Source of the DNA: a virus
Taxonomy: Duplodnaviria; Caudoviricetes
Length of the DNA stretch: 64,000 nt
IMG/VR virus record: IMGVR_UViG_3300020046_002068
Span: 1,163-65,162 of that record
Direction: 5' to 3' (one strand)
Below are positions 26,482 to 37,400 of this stretch, one piece after another. Made by a program: the position numbers and the translations under genes. Numbering within the stretch: the first letter of the stretch is position 1; each line of letters opens with the position of its first letter. The notes beneath the pieces are model-generated. The model was not told the origin of the DNA and did no database searches. It saw only the letters and a list, made by a program, of their open reading frames with translations.

Positions 26482-27207
26482 ATGGCTGAGGTCAGCGGGC
26501 GCAACACGCATCCCATCAAGTGGAGCTATTCATCGCTCTCTCAATTTAAACAGTGCCCCAAGAAGTATTACCATAGCAGGGTAGCCAAGGACATTCCGTT
26601 CGAAGAGACGGATGCCATGCGGTACGGGAACTACGTGCATGATGCTATCGAGAAGTACATCATGGATGGCAAACCCCTGCCCGACAACATCAGCCAGTTC
26701 AAGCCGGTGGTCGATCAACTGATTGATCTACCGGGTGTCAAGACCGCCGAGCAGAAGATCGGCATCACACTGGACCTTGAGCCTTGCGACTACTGGGCCA
26801 AGGATGTCTGGTATAGGGGCAAGATTGATTACCTTGTACGATGTAACCCTGGCGAACTCGGTGATGAACACAGCAGAGTACTACCACATGATGCATTTAT
26901 GGTGGACTGGAAAACGGGAGCCAATCCCCGTTATGCTGACCAATCCGAACTTGATCTCTTTGCAGCTACCGTCTTCATTAGCTATCCAGAGATACGGTCT
27001 CTGCATACCGCCTTTGTCTTTCTCGTAACGGGTGACGTGATCCCGAAAACCTACGTACGGGACGACCTAGCGGACATACTTCTCAAGCACTTACCGGATG
27101 TACACCGGATGCAGGTAGCGCACGACACTGATACGTGGAACGCTACCCCTAACTTTACTTGCCGCAACTACTGCAAAGTATCTTCATGTCAGTACTACCG
27201 AACGTAA
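26482..27207 (+). CDS. PD-(D/E)XK exonuclease, Cas4-like
   Basis: WSYSSL..F..CPKKY, GKIDYL, VDWKTG, C-terminal CRNYC..C. Confidence 0.85.
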   Translation: MAEVSGRNTHPIKWSYSSLSQFKQCPKKYYHSRVAKDIPFEETDAMRYGNYVHDAIEKYIMDGKPLPDNISQFKPVVDQLIDLPGVKTAEQKIGITLDLEPCDYWAKDVWYRGKIDYLVRCNPGELGDEHSRVLPHDAFMVDWKTGANPRYADQSELDLFAATVFISYPEIRSLHTAFVFLVTGDVIPKTYVRDDLADILLKHLPDVHRMQVAHDTDTWNATPNFTCRNYCKVSSCQYYRT

Positions 27208-28775
27208 GACTGTTCGACGACAGCGCAATCCTTATCGAAGGGGAGGGGGCTAAGGCTTATGGAGCTACACTTAGTAACGGCGTATGGCTCGAAGACCGCG
27301 AAAATTGTGGTCTTTTTGAATGGTCAGTCGAGAACGTATCCCGCCTACGATTGTTGGGTTGTGATGTCCCGACCCCCTTCCTATCAGACTATTCCATCCG
27401 ATCCGTTTATAGTCCTTTCCTCCATCAACTTGACACGGCCGACTTCCTTGTTGGAACGAAGCGGGGGTTTGTATTCTCTTCGCCCGGGGTCGGAAAGACT
27501 GCTTCAGCTATCTGGGCTGCGGACTACCTTATGGAACAGGGCGAGATCGAAGCTGTCTTGGTGGTATGTCCGCTCTCCATTATGCGTGCGAGCTGGCTTG
27601 GCGATCTATTTACCTGCGCTCCTCATCGCCACGCTGTGGTTGCTCATGGTAGCAAAGCGCGTCGTATTGCCGCCGTAACGTCCAATGCTAACTTCGTCAT
27701 CACTAACTACGATTCGTTTGAGCGGTTCAAGCCCCATTTACTTAAACGATTTGGGCTCATCATTATAGACGAAGCGAACGCATATAAAGGAGTAACAACC
27801 AATCGCTTCCGTCACATGTATAAGTACGTGCAGGAACGGCCCGAGCTACGCCTGTGGCTGATGACCGGCACGCCCGCTTCGCAGTCGCCCGAGGATGCAT
27901 ACGGGCTAGCTAAGTTAGTGTGTCCTGACCGCGTGCCGAAATTCTTTGGGCGGTGGCGGGACATGGTGATGACAAAGGTCTCGCAGTACCGGTATATTCC
28001 TAAGTCCGACGCCAACGACCGCGTGTTCGAGGCCCTGCAGCCCGCGATCCGGTACCGGAAAGAAGACTGCCTCGACCTCCCGCCGATGACCTACCAGACG
28101 AGGGAGATCCCGTTGTCGTCCCAACAGCGTGTGTACTACGAACGTATCCGCAAAGAGATGCTGGCCGAGACATCGCACGGGACAATTTCCGCCGTCAACG
28201 CGGGGGTTAAGCTCAACAAGCTACTCCAGATATCGGCCGGTAGTGTGTACACCGACGACGGTACCACCCTCACATTCGACGTTAAGCAGCGAACGCAAGA
28301 GTTGCTGGATATCATCAGTAATGCAGACGGTAAGGTGATCGTGTTTTGTGGATACCGTCACACCATCGAGGTAGTTTCTAACGTACTAGCCAAGGAAGGA
28401 ATAACTCATGATAGGGTGGACGGCACTGTATCGGAAGGCAATCGGTCTCGCATCTTCTCTGAGTTCCAATCTACCGCCAATCCACGAGTTTTGGTTATGC
28501 AGCCCCAGGCGGTCGCGCATGGCCTTACCCTTACAGCCGCCAACACTATTGTATGGTGGGGTCCTACCCCCTCCCTTGAAACCTACGACCAGGCTAATGC
28601 ACGTATCGACCGGCAGTCGCAAAGACTGCCTACAAACATTATACATTTCGTTTCATCACCTGCCGAAGCCAAGACTTATACAAGTTTACGTACCCGTAAA
28701 TCGGTACAATCTTCTCTCTTAGCCATGTACGATGAGGTGCTCAACGAGGGGGTTGACACATTCTTCGATGAGTAG
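27186..28775 (+). CDS. SNF2-family (SF2) helicase
   Basis: PGVGKT, IIIDEA, MTGTP, QANARIDR motifs. Confidence 0.9.
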   Translation: MSVLPNVRLFDDSAILIEGEGAKAYGATLSNGVWLEDRENCGLFEWSVENVSRLRLLGCDVPTPFLSDYSIRSVYSPFLHQLDTADFLVGTKRGFVFSSPGVGKTASAIWAADYLMEQGEIEAVLVVCPLSIMRASWLGDLFTCAPHRHAVVAHGSKARRIAAVTSNANFVITNYDSFERFKPHLLKRFGLIIIDEANAYKGVTTNRFRHMYKYVQERPELRLWLMTGTPASQSPEDAYGLAKLVCPDRVPKFFGRWRDMVMTKVSQYRYIPKSDANDRVFEALQPAIRYRKEDCLDLPPMTYQTREIPLSSQQRVYYERIRKEMLAETSHGTISAVNAGVKLNKLLQISAGSVYTDDGTTLTFDVKQRTQELLDIISNADGKVIVFCGYRHTIEVVSNVLAKEGITHDRVDGTVSEGNRSRIFSEFQSTANPRVLVMQPQAVAHGLTLTAANTIVWWGPTPSLETYDQANARIDRQSQRLPTNIIHFVSSPAEAKTYTSLRTRKSVQSSLLAMYDEVLNEGVDTFFDE

Positions 28776-28781
28776 TACACT
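28753..28781 (+). promoter_or_regulatory. Sigma70 promoter in the 3' end of the helicase gene
   Basis: TTGACA, 17 bp, TACACT; upstream of 28804. Confidence 0.7.
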
Positions 28782-28803
28782 GGGCTCTTACTTAAGGATA
28801 GCC

Positions 28804-29214
28804 ATGTCAGACACTAACCCTACCGCCGCCGATCTTGCCGGGGTATACATCGAGATGCGCGAAGAGAAAGAACGCATCGACCGCGAGGCGAAAGCCCGCG
28901 TTGCTGAAATCAAAGAACAGATGGACATCGTGAAGTCCGCAATGCTGGAGATGGTCGCTGATGCTGGTGCCAATAGCATCAATACACCAAACGGCACGAT
29001 CATCCGGAAGATTAAGACTACGGTCTGGACCAACAACTGGGATGCGTTCTACGAATTCATGAAAGAGAACGACGCTCCCGATCTATTGGAGAAACGTATC
29101 GCGCAGAACAACATTCAGGAGTTCTTGGAAAAGCACCCGGACAAACTGCCCGAGGGACTGAACATCGACCGCAGCTACGAGATCATCGTACGCGCACCCA
29201 AAGCCAATACTTAA
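28804..29214 (+). CDS. Conserved phage protein (coiled coil plus beta region; Gam-like by recall)
   Basis: AAGGA SD; WDAFYEFMKENDAPDLLEKRI motif. Confidence 0.65.
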   Translation: MSDTNPTAADLAGVYIEMREEKERIDREAKARVAEIKEQMDIVKSAMLEMVADAGANSINTPNGTIIRKIKTTVWTNNWDAFYEFMKENDAPDLLEKRIAQNNIQEFLEKHPDKLPEGLNIDRSYEIIVRAPKANT

Positions 29215-29225
29215 TCAGGTATATC

Positions 29226-30197
29226 ATGTCTAACGAACTCGCTCTTCTCATCCAAGCCCAGAAGCCCGCCTATGCCCTGACCACGTCGGGCGAGAAGGAC
29301 TCCATTTCAGGTGCACTGGCTGGGGCCGGTGCTGGTGTCAAGCGTATCTCCATCCGTGGCGGTGTCTGGCGGCTGCAGCAAGGCAATCAGGAACTGGGGA
29401 TCAACGACGCCCGGTTCATGCAGGTGGTGATCGTCGATGCCGCGCCCAAGGCGTACCGCACCTTCTATGCAGGGAAGTACGTGGAAGGCCAGAACGCAGC
29501 GGCCACCTGCTGGTCCAAGGACGGCAACACCCCCGCGCCCGAGGTCATCAAGAAGCAGTCCGACTCGTGTAATACCTGCCCGCAGAACATCAAGGGTAGC
29601 GCCGAAGGGGATCGCCGTGCCTGCCGTATGCAGCACCGGGTGGCGGTGGCCCTGCCGGATGACCCGACGGGTGACCTGTACCAGATGATCTTCCCCGCGA
29701 CCTCGCTGCTGGGTGACCCGCAGGATGGTCAGTACCCGCTCCGTGCCTACGCCAAGATGGTTGCACAGAACAAGGTACGCATGACGGCGCTGATCACCGA
29801 GATGCGTTTCGACACGTCATCGGCTACCCCCAAGGTGATGTTCAAGCCCGCCGGGTTCGTTGATCAGGATGTGCTGGAGTTGCTCGATGCCCGCCGTGCG
29901 GCTGGTGAGTGCGAGGAACTGCTGGACATCTCGTTCGATCAGACCGAGCAGGATGAGCCGTTCGAGACCCTGGCACCCCCCGCCCACGCCAAGGCACCCG
30001 AGCCTGCCCCCAAGGCAGTTGCCGCCCCCAAGGCCACGCCTGCGCCCGCACCGGCCCCCGTGTACGTGGCTACCCAGCAAGCCGAGCCCGAGACCGTCCC
30101 TGAGCCGCAGCCCATTGCCCAGGCTGCCCCGGTGGAGGTGACGGACAAGCAACGCAAGCTGGCCGAAGCCCTGGCCAAGTTCAAAAAGACTGCCTGA
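29226..30197 (+). CDS. Putative single-stranded DNA-binding protein
   Basis: KRISIRGG, CWS.DG..P, CxxCP, RAC motifs and Pro/Ala tail; sits in the replication block. Confidence 0.6.
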   Translation: MSNELALLIQAQKPAYALTTSGEKDSISGALAGAGAGVKRISIRGGVWRLQQGNQELGINDARFMQVVIVDAAPKAYRTFYAGKYVEGQNAAATCWSKDGNTPAPEVIKKQSDSCNTCPQNIKGSAEGDRRACRMQHRVAVALPDDPTGDLYQMIFPATSLLGDPQDGQYPLRAYAKMVAQNKVRMTALITEMRFDTSSATPKVMFKPAGFVDQDVLELLDARRAAGECEELLDISFDQTEQDEPFETLAPPAHAKAPEPAPKAVAAPKATPAPAPAPVYVATQQAEPETVPEPQPIAQAAPVEVTDKQRKLAEALAKFKKTA

Positions 30198-30318
30198 GCG
30201 GACGGGCGTCCACTGCCCGTGGGACTGAACACCCCTAAGTGGACCGGATGGAAACCGTACGGCAAACGGACCCAGTGCGAGCCGGGGGACCTTTCGACTT
30301 CGAGCGGCGCATAGCGTA

Positions 30319-30350
30319 GCGGGGTGCGCTTAAACACCCCGCCCTTCTTT
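30319..30350 (+). terminator. Intrinsic terminator
   Basis: GCGGGGTG-CGCTTAAA-CACCCCGC followed by CCTTCTTT. Confidence 0.6.
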
Positions 30351-30363
30351 CATAGGGCTAAGA

Positions 30364-30609
30364 ATGCGAACTAACAACTTCGGGCATCGAGGGCTCAACG
30401 CTATCCTTAACGATGCTGACATTCAGGACGAGCTTGTCCTGTCGTTAGCCACTATCATCGTGTCTTACAAAATCCCTGTCACCAGTGTGTCACGCCAACT
30501 AGGCGTGTCCCGGGCCACCGTCTATAAGTGGCTTGGCGGGAAGAGCGTCCCTACGGGGCGGAACCGCGATTCGGTCGCTTTCTATGTGAAAGAATATGAG
30601 CCGAATTAA
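30364..30609 (+). CDS. Helix-turn-helix protein
   Basis: VTSVSRQLGVSRATVYKWLGG. Confidence 0.85.
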   Translation: MRTNNFGHRGLNAILNDADIQDELVLSLATIIVSYKIPVTSVSRQLGVSRATVYKWLGGKSVPTGRNRDSVAFYVKEYEPN

Positions 30610-33600
30610 TGAATACCGCTACCTTCCTGCGTACGTTGCTACCGGGCGACGGGTTCACGTGCTTAGTTTCTATAGAGAAAGCTGACAGCACGGCTAGGGT
30701 CAAGCATATCTGGAGCCAATCCGTTGGTACCCTTGTTACTGACCATCTCCCTAGCGTACTTGACAGCGACGACACCGGACTAGACTACTACTTTGGATTG
30801 GGATCATATGAGTCGGCAACCCGTAGGGCAGGGAATCTTCGGTGGCTACAATCCTTTTGGCTCGACATCGATGCCAAAGACTACCCCTCGCCAGAGCAAT
30901 GTCTTGAGAGTATTTCACGATTTGTCAATGAGTCAGGAGTTGCCGAGCCGACATACATTGTCGATTCTGGAGGTGGGTATCACCTCTACTGGGCTCTTAG
31001 TGAGCCGATCAGTGCTGACCTATGGCGAAGTACAGCGGAGATTTTCCGACTATTTGTTGGAGAGGGCGCAAAAGGAATACCAGCTAAAGTTGCAGACGTT
31101 GCAGCTACAATCCATAGAGATAAAGCAGAAGATGGAGCAGTTGATACAGCATCAGGCGATGACGAACCAGCAGAACCCCTACCGCCCTGGTCCCACGTCT
31201 TCAATGTTGACCATTCACGAACAACAGATGCGGCAAGCATTCTCCGTCTCCCCGGGTCTCTTAACCGCAAATACATCCCTGCCCGAGAAGTCGAGGTGGT
31301 ACGTGAGGGTCCGGTCCACTCTCTCGAAGACTTTGTCGCGTCTATTCAGGCGGAAGTCCCAGTAGTCACTAGCGTACCTACCCTGTTCGGGGGTGGGTTC
31401 TCGGTACCGCTGCATGCCAAGGCTGAACTGGATGACCTGTCGTCCAGGCTGTATGACGACAAGAAGTTCTCGGCTGAGAAGATCTTGCTGCAGTCCATCG
31501 AGGGCACCGGATGCGACATCTTCCGGGAAGCCTACGAGGATCAGGCCAACACGCCTGAGCAGATCTGGCAGGCGCTCATGTCGGTGCTGGTGTTCTGCGA
31601 TGACGGGGAAGCGGTTGCCCATTTCACTTCGATGGAGCACCCGAACTACACCCATGCTGAGACTGCCAAGAAGTTCGCTATAGCATTGCAGACCAAACGG
31701 GACCAAGACATCGGCCCCCGTACCTGCACGTGGTTCAACAAGGTCAAGCCGAAGACATGCGCTGGATGCGTCAACTTCGGTCGAGTCAAGACCCCCCTCT
31801 CGATAGGCATTCATGTTGAAGCGATTACTGCTGCGACTCCTCTCCCCCCGGTTATCAGCACTGCTAGCCATGAACCGAGCAGCCAACCAGTGGTCCACGC
31901 AAATGGAACCCACCGGCCCGACGTATGGCACCCATCATCAGTCAAGCTGCCAAGGGGATACAAGTTCGCTCAATCAGGCGGGGTCTACAAAGAAGTCCTG
32001 ACGCCGGTAAAGGATAGCAATGGCGCAACAAAGATGGTTGTATCCGACGTGGAAATCTTTGCCCACCCTGTCTACCTCGTCAACCACGTGTCGGTGGGGG
32101 ATCAACGCACCCTATCTGTTAGTCTTTGCTCCCGAGGTCCAAACGAAAAGCCACGGGTTTTCACTATTCCAAACAGTGCTGTCGCAGCATCCGATAAGCT
32201 ACGGGACGCGTTGGCTGACAATCACTTGGTGGTAGAGGATGAAAGGCTGAAGCTCGTGAAGAACTACCTGCAACAATCCATCAAGCTACTTCAGGAGTCC
32301 CGCCAAGCGGGGTCGATCTATGAGCGCTTCGGCTGGCATGCGGATGATGGCGAGAACAAGCCCCAGTCGTTCGTGCTGGGTGACCGGGTGTACCGTCCTG
32401 ATGGATCGTCCGCTCACGCTGAAATCTCCTCGGGTGCTACGCAGCTAAAGATGATGCTACGCCCAGCAGGCGACCGCGCCGACTGGAATCGAGTGAAGAT
32501 GCTGTATGAACACCCGGATATGCGGGCACTGCACGGGGTGATCGCTATCGCCTTGGCTTCACCTTTCTACCACCTAGCGGATGTCGAGGGGATCTGGATC
32601 AACATCTTCTCGTCCGACTCCGGCCGGGGTAAGACCTCGCTGCTGAAGTTCTGCAACTCGTTGTACGGTAACCCGTCGATTAGTGAAGGCTTCATGCTGT
32701 CCAAGGATGATACGCTGGCGGCGCGGACCCATCGTATGGGTATGCTTAGCCATATCATCATGCCGTTGGATGAGGTCACCAACATGGAGGGGGCGGCTAT
32801 CTCGGATCAGTCGTACCTGATCTTCACCGGACGACCCAAGAACCGGCTGGCTTCGTCAGCCAACATCGAGCGCTCCAATCCCTCGCGCTGGAAAGCCCCG
32901 CTGGTCAGCACGTCCAACCAATCATTGCCGAATGTCCTGCGCGCCCACAAGGCCATGCCGGACGGGGAGATGGCACGGATTCTGGAGTTCCAGATGCCGC
33001 CCATCGTGAACAAGGACACGTGGACCCACACCTCGGCCCTGCTGGATTCCCTGAACTCTTCGTACGGACACTTCGCCGCCGACTGGTTGCCCCTTGTGGT
33101 CAGCAATCAGGAAGCAATCAAGGAACTGATCTACACAGAGATAGAGGTTCTGTCGTCCCGTGGTTACTTTGCTGTCAGCGAGCGGTACTGGTTGAAGACG
33201 ATGGCCATGGCCATGGTCGCAACTCGGCTGGTCAAGGCAGCGGGTATGCTGGACCTGTCGGAGAAGGCGGTAGAGCATGCGTTTCTGGGGGCAAACGGGA
33301 TGGTCACTCGCATGCGTGAGCAGCGCAAAGCGGTGGCGCACAACTCGGTGGAGATCTTCACCCGCTTCGTCAATGAGCACCTGCGGGAAATGCTGGTCCT
33401 GGGCGCGGTTGGCTCGATGCCCGGACTGGTGCCTCGGGTGGTGCTGCGGCCCAACGGGACCTCGCTGTCGATCAGGGTTGAAGAAGAAACGCAAACCATG
33501 TACATTGATTCCAACAAGTACAAGAAGTACTTGGCTGGGATGCACCTCGGGTTCAACGAACATGTTAGAGAACTACAATCCAGCATCGCAATTCAGTCCA

Positions 33601-33740
33601 GCTTCATCTCACTCGGCGAAGGTGCATCCATCTACGCCCCTGCTTCTGCGGTGCTCAAAGTCGACATCTCCAAGTTCGCCGAAATCCGAAGCGTCATCAC
33701 CGAAGCAACTTCCATTTCTCCTGAGACGCCCGATGTCTGA
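30609..33740 (+). CDS. Primase-helicase (AEP/RepB-like primase, DUF927, P-loop)
   Basis: FWLDID, SGGGYHLYW, LRLPGS primase motifs; Cys cluster; SGRGKT Walker A; LDE. Confidence 0.88.
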   Translation: MNTATFLRTLLPGDGFTCLVSIEKADSTARVKHIWSQSVGTLVTDHLPSVLDSDDTGLDYYFGLGSYESATRRAGNLRWLQSFWLDIDAKDYPSPEQCLESISRFVNESGVAEPTYIVDSGGGYHLYWALSEPISADLWRSTAEIFRLFVGEGAKGIPAKVADVAATIHRDKAEDGAVDTASGDDEPAEPLPPWSHVFNVDHSRTTDAASILRLPGSLNRKYIPAREVEVVREGPVHSLEDFVASIQAEVPVVTSVPTLFGGGFSVPLHAKAELDDLSSRLYDDKKFSAEKILLQSIEGTGCDIFREAYEDQANTPEQIWQALMSVLVFCDDGEAVAHFTSMEHPNYTHAETAKKFAIALQTKRDQDIGPRTCTWFNKVKPKTCAGCVNFGRVKTPLSIGIHVEAITAATPLPPVISTASHEPSSQPVVHANGTHRPDVWHPSSVKLPRGYKFAQSGGVYKEVLTPVKDSNGATKMVVSDVEIFAHPVYLVNHVSVGDQRTLSVSLCSRGPNEKPRVFTIPNSAVAASDKLRDALADNHLVVEDERLKLVKNYLQQSIKLLQESRQAGSIYERFGWHADDGENKPQSFVLGDRVYRPDGSSAHAEISSGATQLKMMLRPAGDRADWNRVKMLYEHPDMRALHGVIAIALASPFYHLADVEGIWINIFSSDSGRGKTSLLKFCNSLYGNPSISEGFMLSKDDTLAARTHRMGMLSHIIMPLDEVTNMEGAAISDQSYLIFTGRPKNRLASSANIERSNPSRWKAPLVSTSNQSLPNVLRAHKAMPDGEMARILEFQMPPIVNKDTWTHTSALLDSLNSSYGHFAADWLPLVVSNQEAIKELIYTEIEVLSSRGYFAVSERYWLKTMAMAMVATRLVKAAGMLDLSEKAVEHAFLGANGMVTRMREQRKAVAHNSVEIFTRFVNEHLREMLVLGAVGSMPGLVPRVVLRPNGTSLSIRVEEETQTMYIDSNKYKKYLAGMHLGFNEHVRELQSSIAIQSSFISLGEGASIYAPASAVLKVDISKFAEIRSVITEATSISPETPDV

Positions 33741-33981
33741 TATCAATGTGTCATCTTGGCATAACGTGCCATACGAAGTAGAGATGGCTATCAGAGCCGA
33801 CGAACGACGGCGATTGAAATATAAGTTCGGGAAACGTATCGAATGGCTGAAGCTGCAGGGTAGGTTGTCTGCTGCATTCAGCGTGCAGAGTGCGTGTACT
33901 GCACTGATCAGAGACCCGATGGATCGCAAGTCTGTTTACAACGAGGAGACTAAAGATGACCGCAGCAATACCCAAGGATGA
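33733..33981 (+). CDS. Hypothetical protein, 82 aa
   Basis: ATG overlapping the primase end. Confidence 0.5.
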   Translation: MSDINVSSWHNVPYEVEMAIRADERRRLKYKFGKRIEWLKLQGRLSAAFSVQSACTALIRDPMDRKSVYNEETKDDRSNTQG

Positions 33982-34192
33982 AGCGCTCGCTAGTAGTATG
34001 CTTTCTGTCTACGTAGGTATCGTGGAGAGAACTACGCCGATGATGCTGGACTATCAAAAAGCTCTTGTACAGATCGTCGCTCTATGCCGGGGGCACTACC
34101 CCATCGATACGGATGCGATCTACGAGACCGCGTTGGCTGCGCTAGAGAAGCACAACAAGCCACATGACACGCCGCCGCCCGCGCAGGGATGA
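33956..34192 (+). CDS. Hypothetical protein, 78 aa
   Basis: GAGGAG SD. Confidence 0.65.
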   Translation: MTAAIPKDEALASSMLSVYVGIVERTTPMMLDYQKALVQIVALCRGHYPIDTDAIYETALAALEKHNKPHDTPPPAQG

Positions 34193-34493
34193 GTCCGACG
34201 AACCGGAGACGATGCGCCTGGAACCCGACGGGCGCAAAATCCGGATGGTCTGTAACGGTTACACCTATGAGTTCAACCCGGATGCGATGGACCCGGGGGT
34301 GACCTTCTTCATCCCTACCATCCACTACAACGATCTTGCTATGGCCCTGGATGAGTACATCATCTACAGGGAAGAGAAGTCTACTATCGAGTTGATAGCC
34401 ACAGCATGCCTAACCCCGAAAGGCTACGGGGTTAGGGTCATCGTTATTCCAGCGTCCGCACGAGAATCCTTGCCTCCGAGGCGCGGGTATTGA
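34164..34493 (+). CDS. Hypothetical protein, ~109 aa
   Basis: Overlaps the previous ORF; convergent with the giant gene. Confidence 0.6.
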   Translation: MTRRRPRRDESDEPETMRLEPDGRKIRMVCNGYTYEFNPDAMDPGVTFFIPTIHYNDLAMALDEYIIYREEKSTIELIATACLTPKGYGVRVIVIPASARESLPPRRGY

Positions 34494-37400
34494 TCGCACG
34501 GGTGAACTCGTCGCGCAGGTTGGACTTCTCGTCTGCGCCGATCTCGGGGTCAGCCAGCATCTTGCGCTGTTCTTTGCGCAGCTTGACGATCTCTCCGTTG
34601 ATACCGTCGAGTAGTTTCTTGCCTTCGATGATTGCCTTATGCTCGTCGAAGTACTCGCTCGCTGCGTCCTTATCCTTAGTCTGCAGATCCTTCCACGTCT
34701 TGGCGGCACGGTCTGCCTGCTGCTTCAGTTCGTAGAAGATCGCCTGCTGGTTGCCCTTCACGTCACTGGCAAACATGCTGGACAGACCCGCCATGCGGGT
34801 GGCCGGACGTGAGGGGGCTTGGTTGTCGCCGCCCCAGACCGCATCGACCATCGCCGATGACATCTGCAGGCCGAACATCGCCGCATTGCCCAGCACGCCA
34901 CGGACCATGTGTTCCACCTTGACGGGGGACTGGGTCCACTCGGGGGCACCGGGCACGTGGCTGAACAGCGAGCCAATCATCTTCGCCACTTCGGTGGTGT
35001 CAGCGGTGTACTGCTCTTTCGGATCGAGCCCTTGCAGGCGCATCGGCACAATGGGCGCTCCACTGTGCAAGCTCTTCCCAGCGGCCAGTTCCACCCACGG
35101 CTTGATCAACTGCGGCCCGCCTTCACCGGGCATGATGCCCCACAGCGGGTTGTAGTTGTCCATCAGCGAGCCGCCAATCCCCCGCCACGCGTCGTCCTTG
35201 CCCATCATCCACCGCACCATGCGCTCGACCGGGATCTTGAACAGCAGCGCGGCTTCCGGCGCAATCGGCATGCGCAGACCTTCGTGCTCACTGATCGGGA
35301 TGATCAAGTTCATGTCCCGACTGGACGGGGACTCGGCGTTGTAGATCTCGTCATCATCCATCAGCATGGCGTACACGCCGATCAGCAAAGCTGTATACGC
35401 TCCACGCCGCCAGAACATCTGCTTCACCGCTTGACGTTGCTCAACCGGGATGGTGCTGGCGTTGCCCCGGATCATGAGACTGAGTACGTGCAAGCCTTTG
35501 ATGTTGGCCTGGATAAACGGGGCCATCGATGCAATGGTACGCACAATGGGCCAGCGGCCACGCTGGCTAAACGGGGCCATACCGTACGCACGGTACATGG
35601 CTTCTTCCCGGCTAGCGCCCTGCGCTTCAAGCTGCTTGACCAAGTTTTCTTTATTGGCCATATCCGTGTCGATGTAGACCGCGTCCATCATCTTACGGAA
35701 CAGCTTGGTACTGGTACCCGCCAGTAATCCAAACCGGGAACGCACGCTGTCCATCTCGTGCATATCACCGATGTAGTTGTATCCCCCTGCCAGACCAGCG
35801 GATTTCAATGCCTTGTTGACATCGCTATAATTACCCTGCCCGCCCGCCAGTTGCTTGGCATGCTGGCCCCAATTCTTGGCCGCATTGCCGTACACCCGCA
35901 TCATGGTCTTGACGATGCCGGACTGGTCGCCCGAGAAGTAGTACGCCTGCGAAGAGTTCCGCGCCAAGTCGCGCACAGCGAAGTCAGGCATGCGCACGAT
36001 GCCCGCCCGCAGCAGGGCGGAGGTCTTCTGGAACAGGGTCATCAGCGGGCCGAGTTCCTGGGTCGTGCTGCCGATAGCCAGCGCATCTTCCCGGTCGAAA
36101 AACCGGACCCCCCGCTCACTACCATCTTCCTCGTAGAACTTCACATCGTAGTTCTTGCTGCCCTCACCGCTGATGTGCGGCTTCTTGACCCATGCAGCTA
36201 GGCCCAGCGAATAGGCTTGCTTGCCGATGGCGCGGGCGGCGTTCGACTTGATAGCCGCTGCAGTCATGAACATAGACTGGTCCATCATCCCAGTCAGCAC
36301 GTCCTTGAGGGGTTCCTTTCCGCCAATCAGGGTCCGGACCACGTTCATCGGGGAGTTCAGTCCAGCCACCGAGCTATTGGCATCATCCAGCATGGACTCG
36401 TTGAACACCCGAAGGAACGGTACGTAGTAGGTAGCGTCCTTCCACTCCTGCGCCTTGACCTGTGGGATCTTCCCGGCTTCGACCATCGCATCAATCTGCC
36501 CGTTCAGGTGGGCGCGCATGATGTTGTAGGTCTCAGCAATCCAGGGGTTCTCGTTCCAGATCTTGTCGCCCAGTGCCTGCTCTTCGGCAGGGATACCGAG
36601 GTTGCGCACCCGGGCATTGGCCTCGATGTCGTTAGACATGACGGCTGCAGCGCGCTTGCCTTTCAGGGCAGCGTTGAGCATCCCTACCGCACGGGTGATG
36701 GGCATATCCGCTGCTTTGGCCGCAGCCGACAGACTGTCCATGACCTGAATATAGTTCGGCCCGGGGTTGTCCGTGTCCACGATGGGACGCCCGACCTCAT
36801 TGAACTTCAGCGGGCCGTACTCCAGCACGCCTTGGGCCAGGGTGGGGATGGTCGAGTCCGCGTAGTCAGCCAGTGCGATGCCGCTCAGCTTGCCCGATTC
36901 ACCGATGATGGGGTTGCCCAGCGCATCGAACTTGGCGCGCAAGCGGGCCTTGTTGTCGGCGATGTCGACCTCAGCCAGCGATGGCAGCTTGGTTTCAACG
37001 ACCGTACCGTCTCGTTTTTTGAGCTTAACGGTATTGCCCAGGATCGTATCTAGGAAGTTAGCTGACATCTTCCGCAACCCGGACTCCGGGCTGGGTGTTT
37101 CCCGCTTGATCAGTTCCTCTTCGGTCAGCGGTGCTTTGGCCGGACCCTCGACAGCGGCGCGCTCAGGTGCTTCGGCGTACACATTCCCACTCGGAGTGTC
37201 AGCCGCGAAGTCCGGGGTACCCAGGATGCGCTCGATGGCGGCATCGGTCTGCTTGAGCACGCTGTTCTTGCTGGGACCTTGCGGGATGCCCAGGATGCGT
37301 TGCACCAAGTACACGAGCCGATCCCACAGCGACCGGAAGCTGGGGCCGGGTGACGGGATGGCCTTCAGCTTGGTGACGAACGCCTCGTTCGACCACGTCT

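Noticed and set aside
26408-26584. 58-aa ORF between polymerase and nuclease resembling the microgenes in composition
   Set aside because: No RY motif, and it overlaps the nuclease gene by ~100 bp; not counted in the family.
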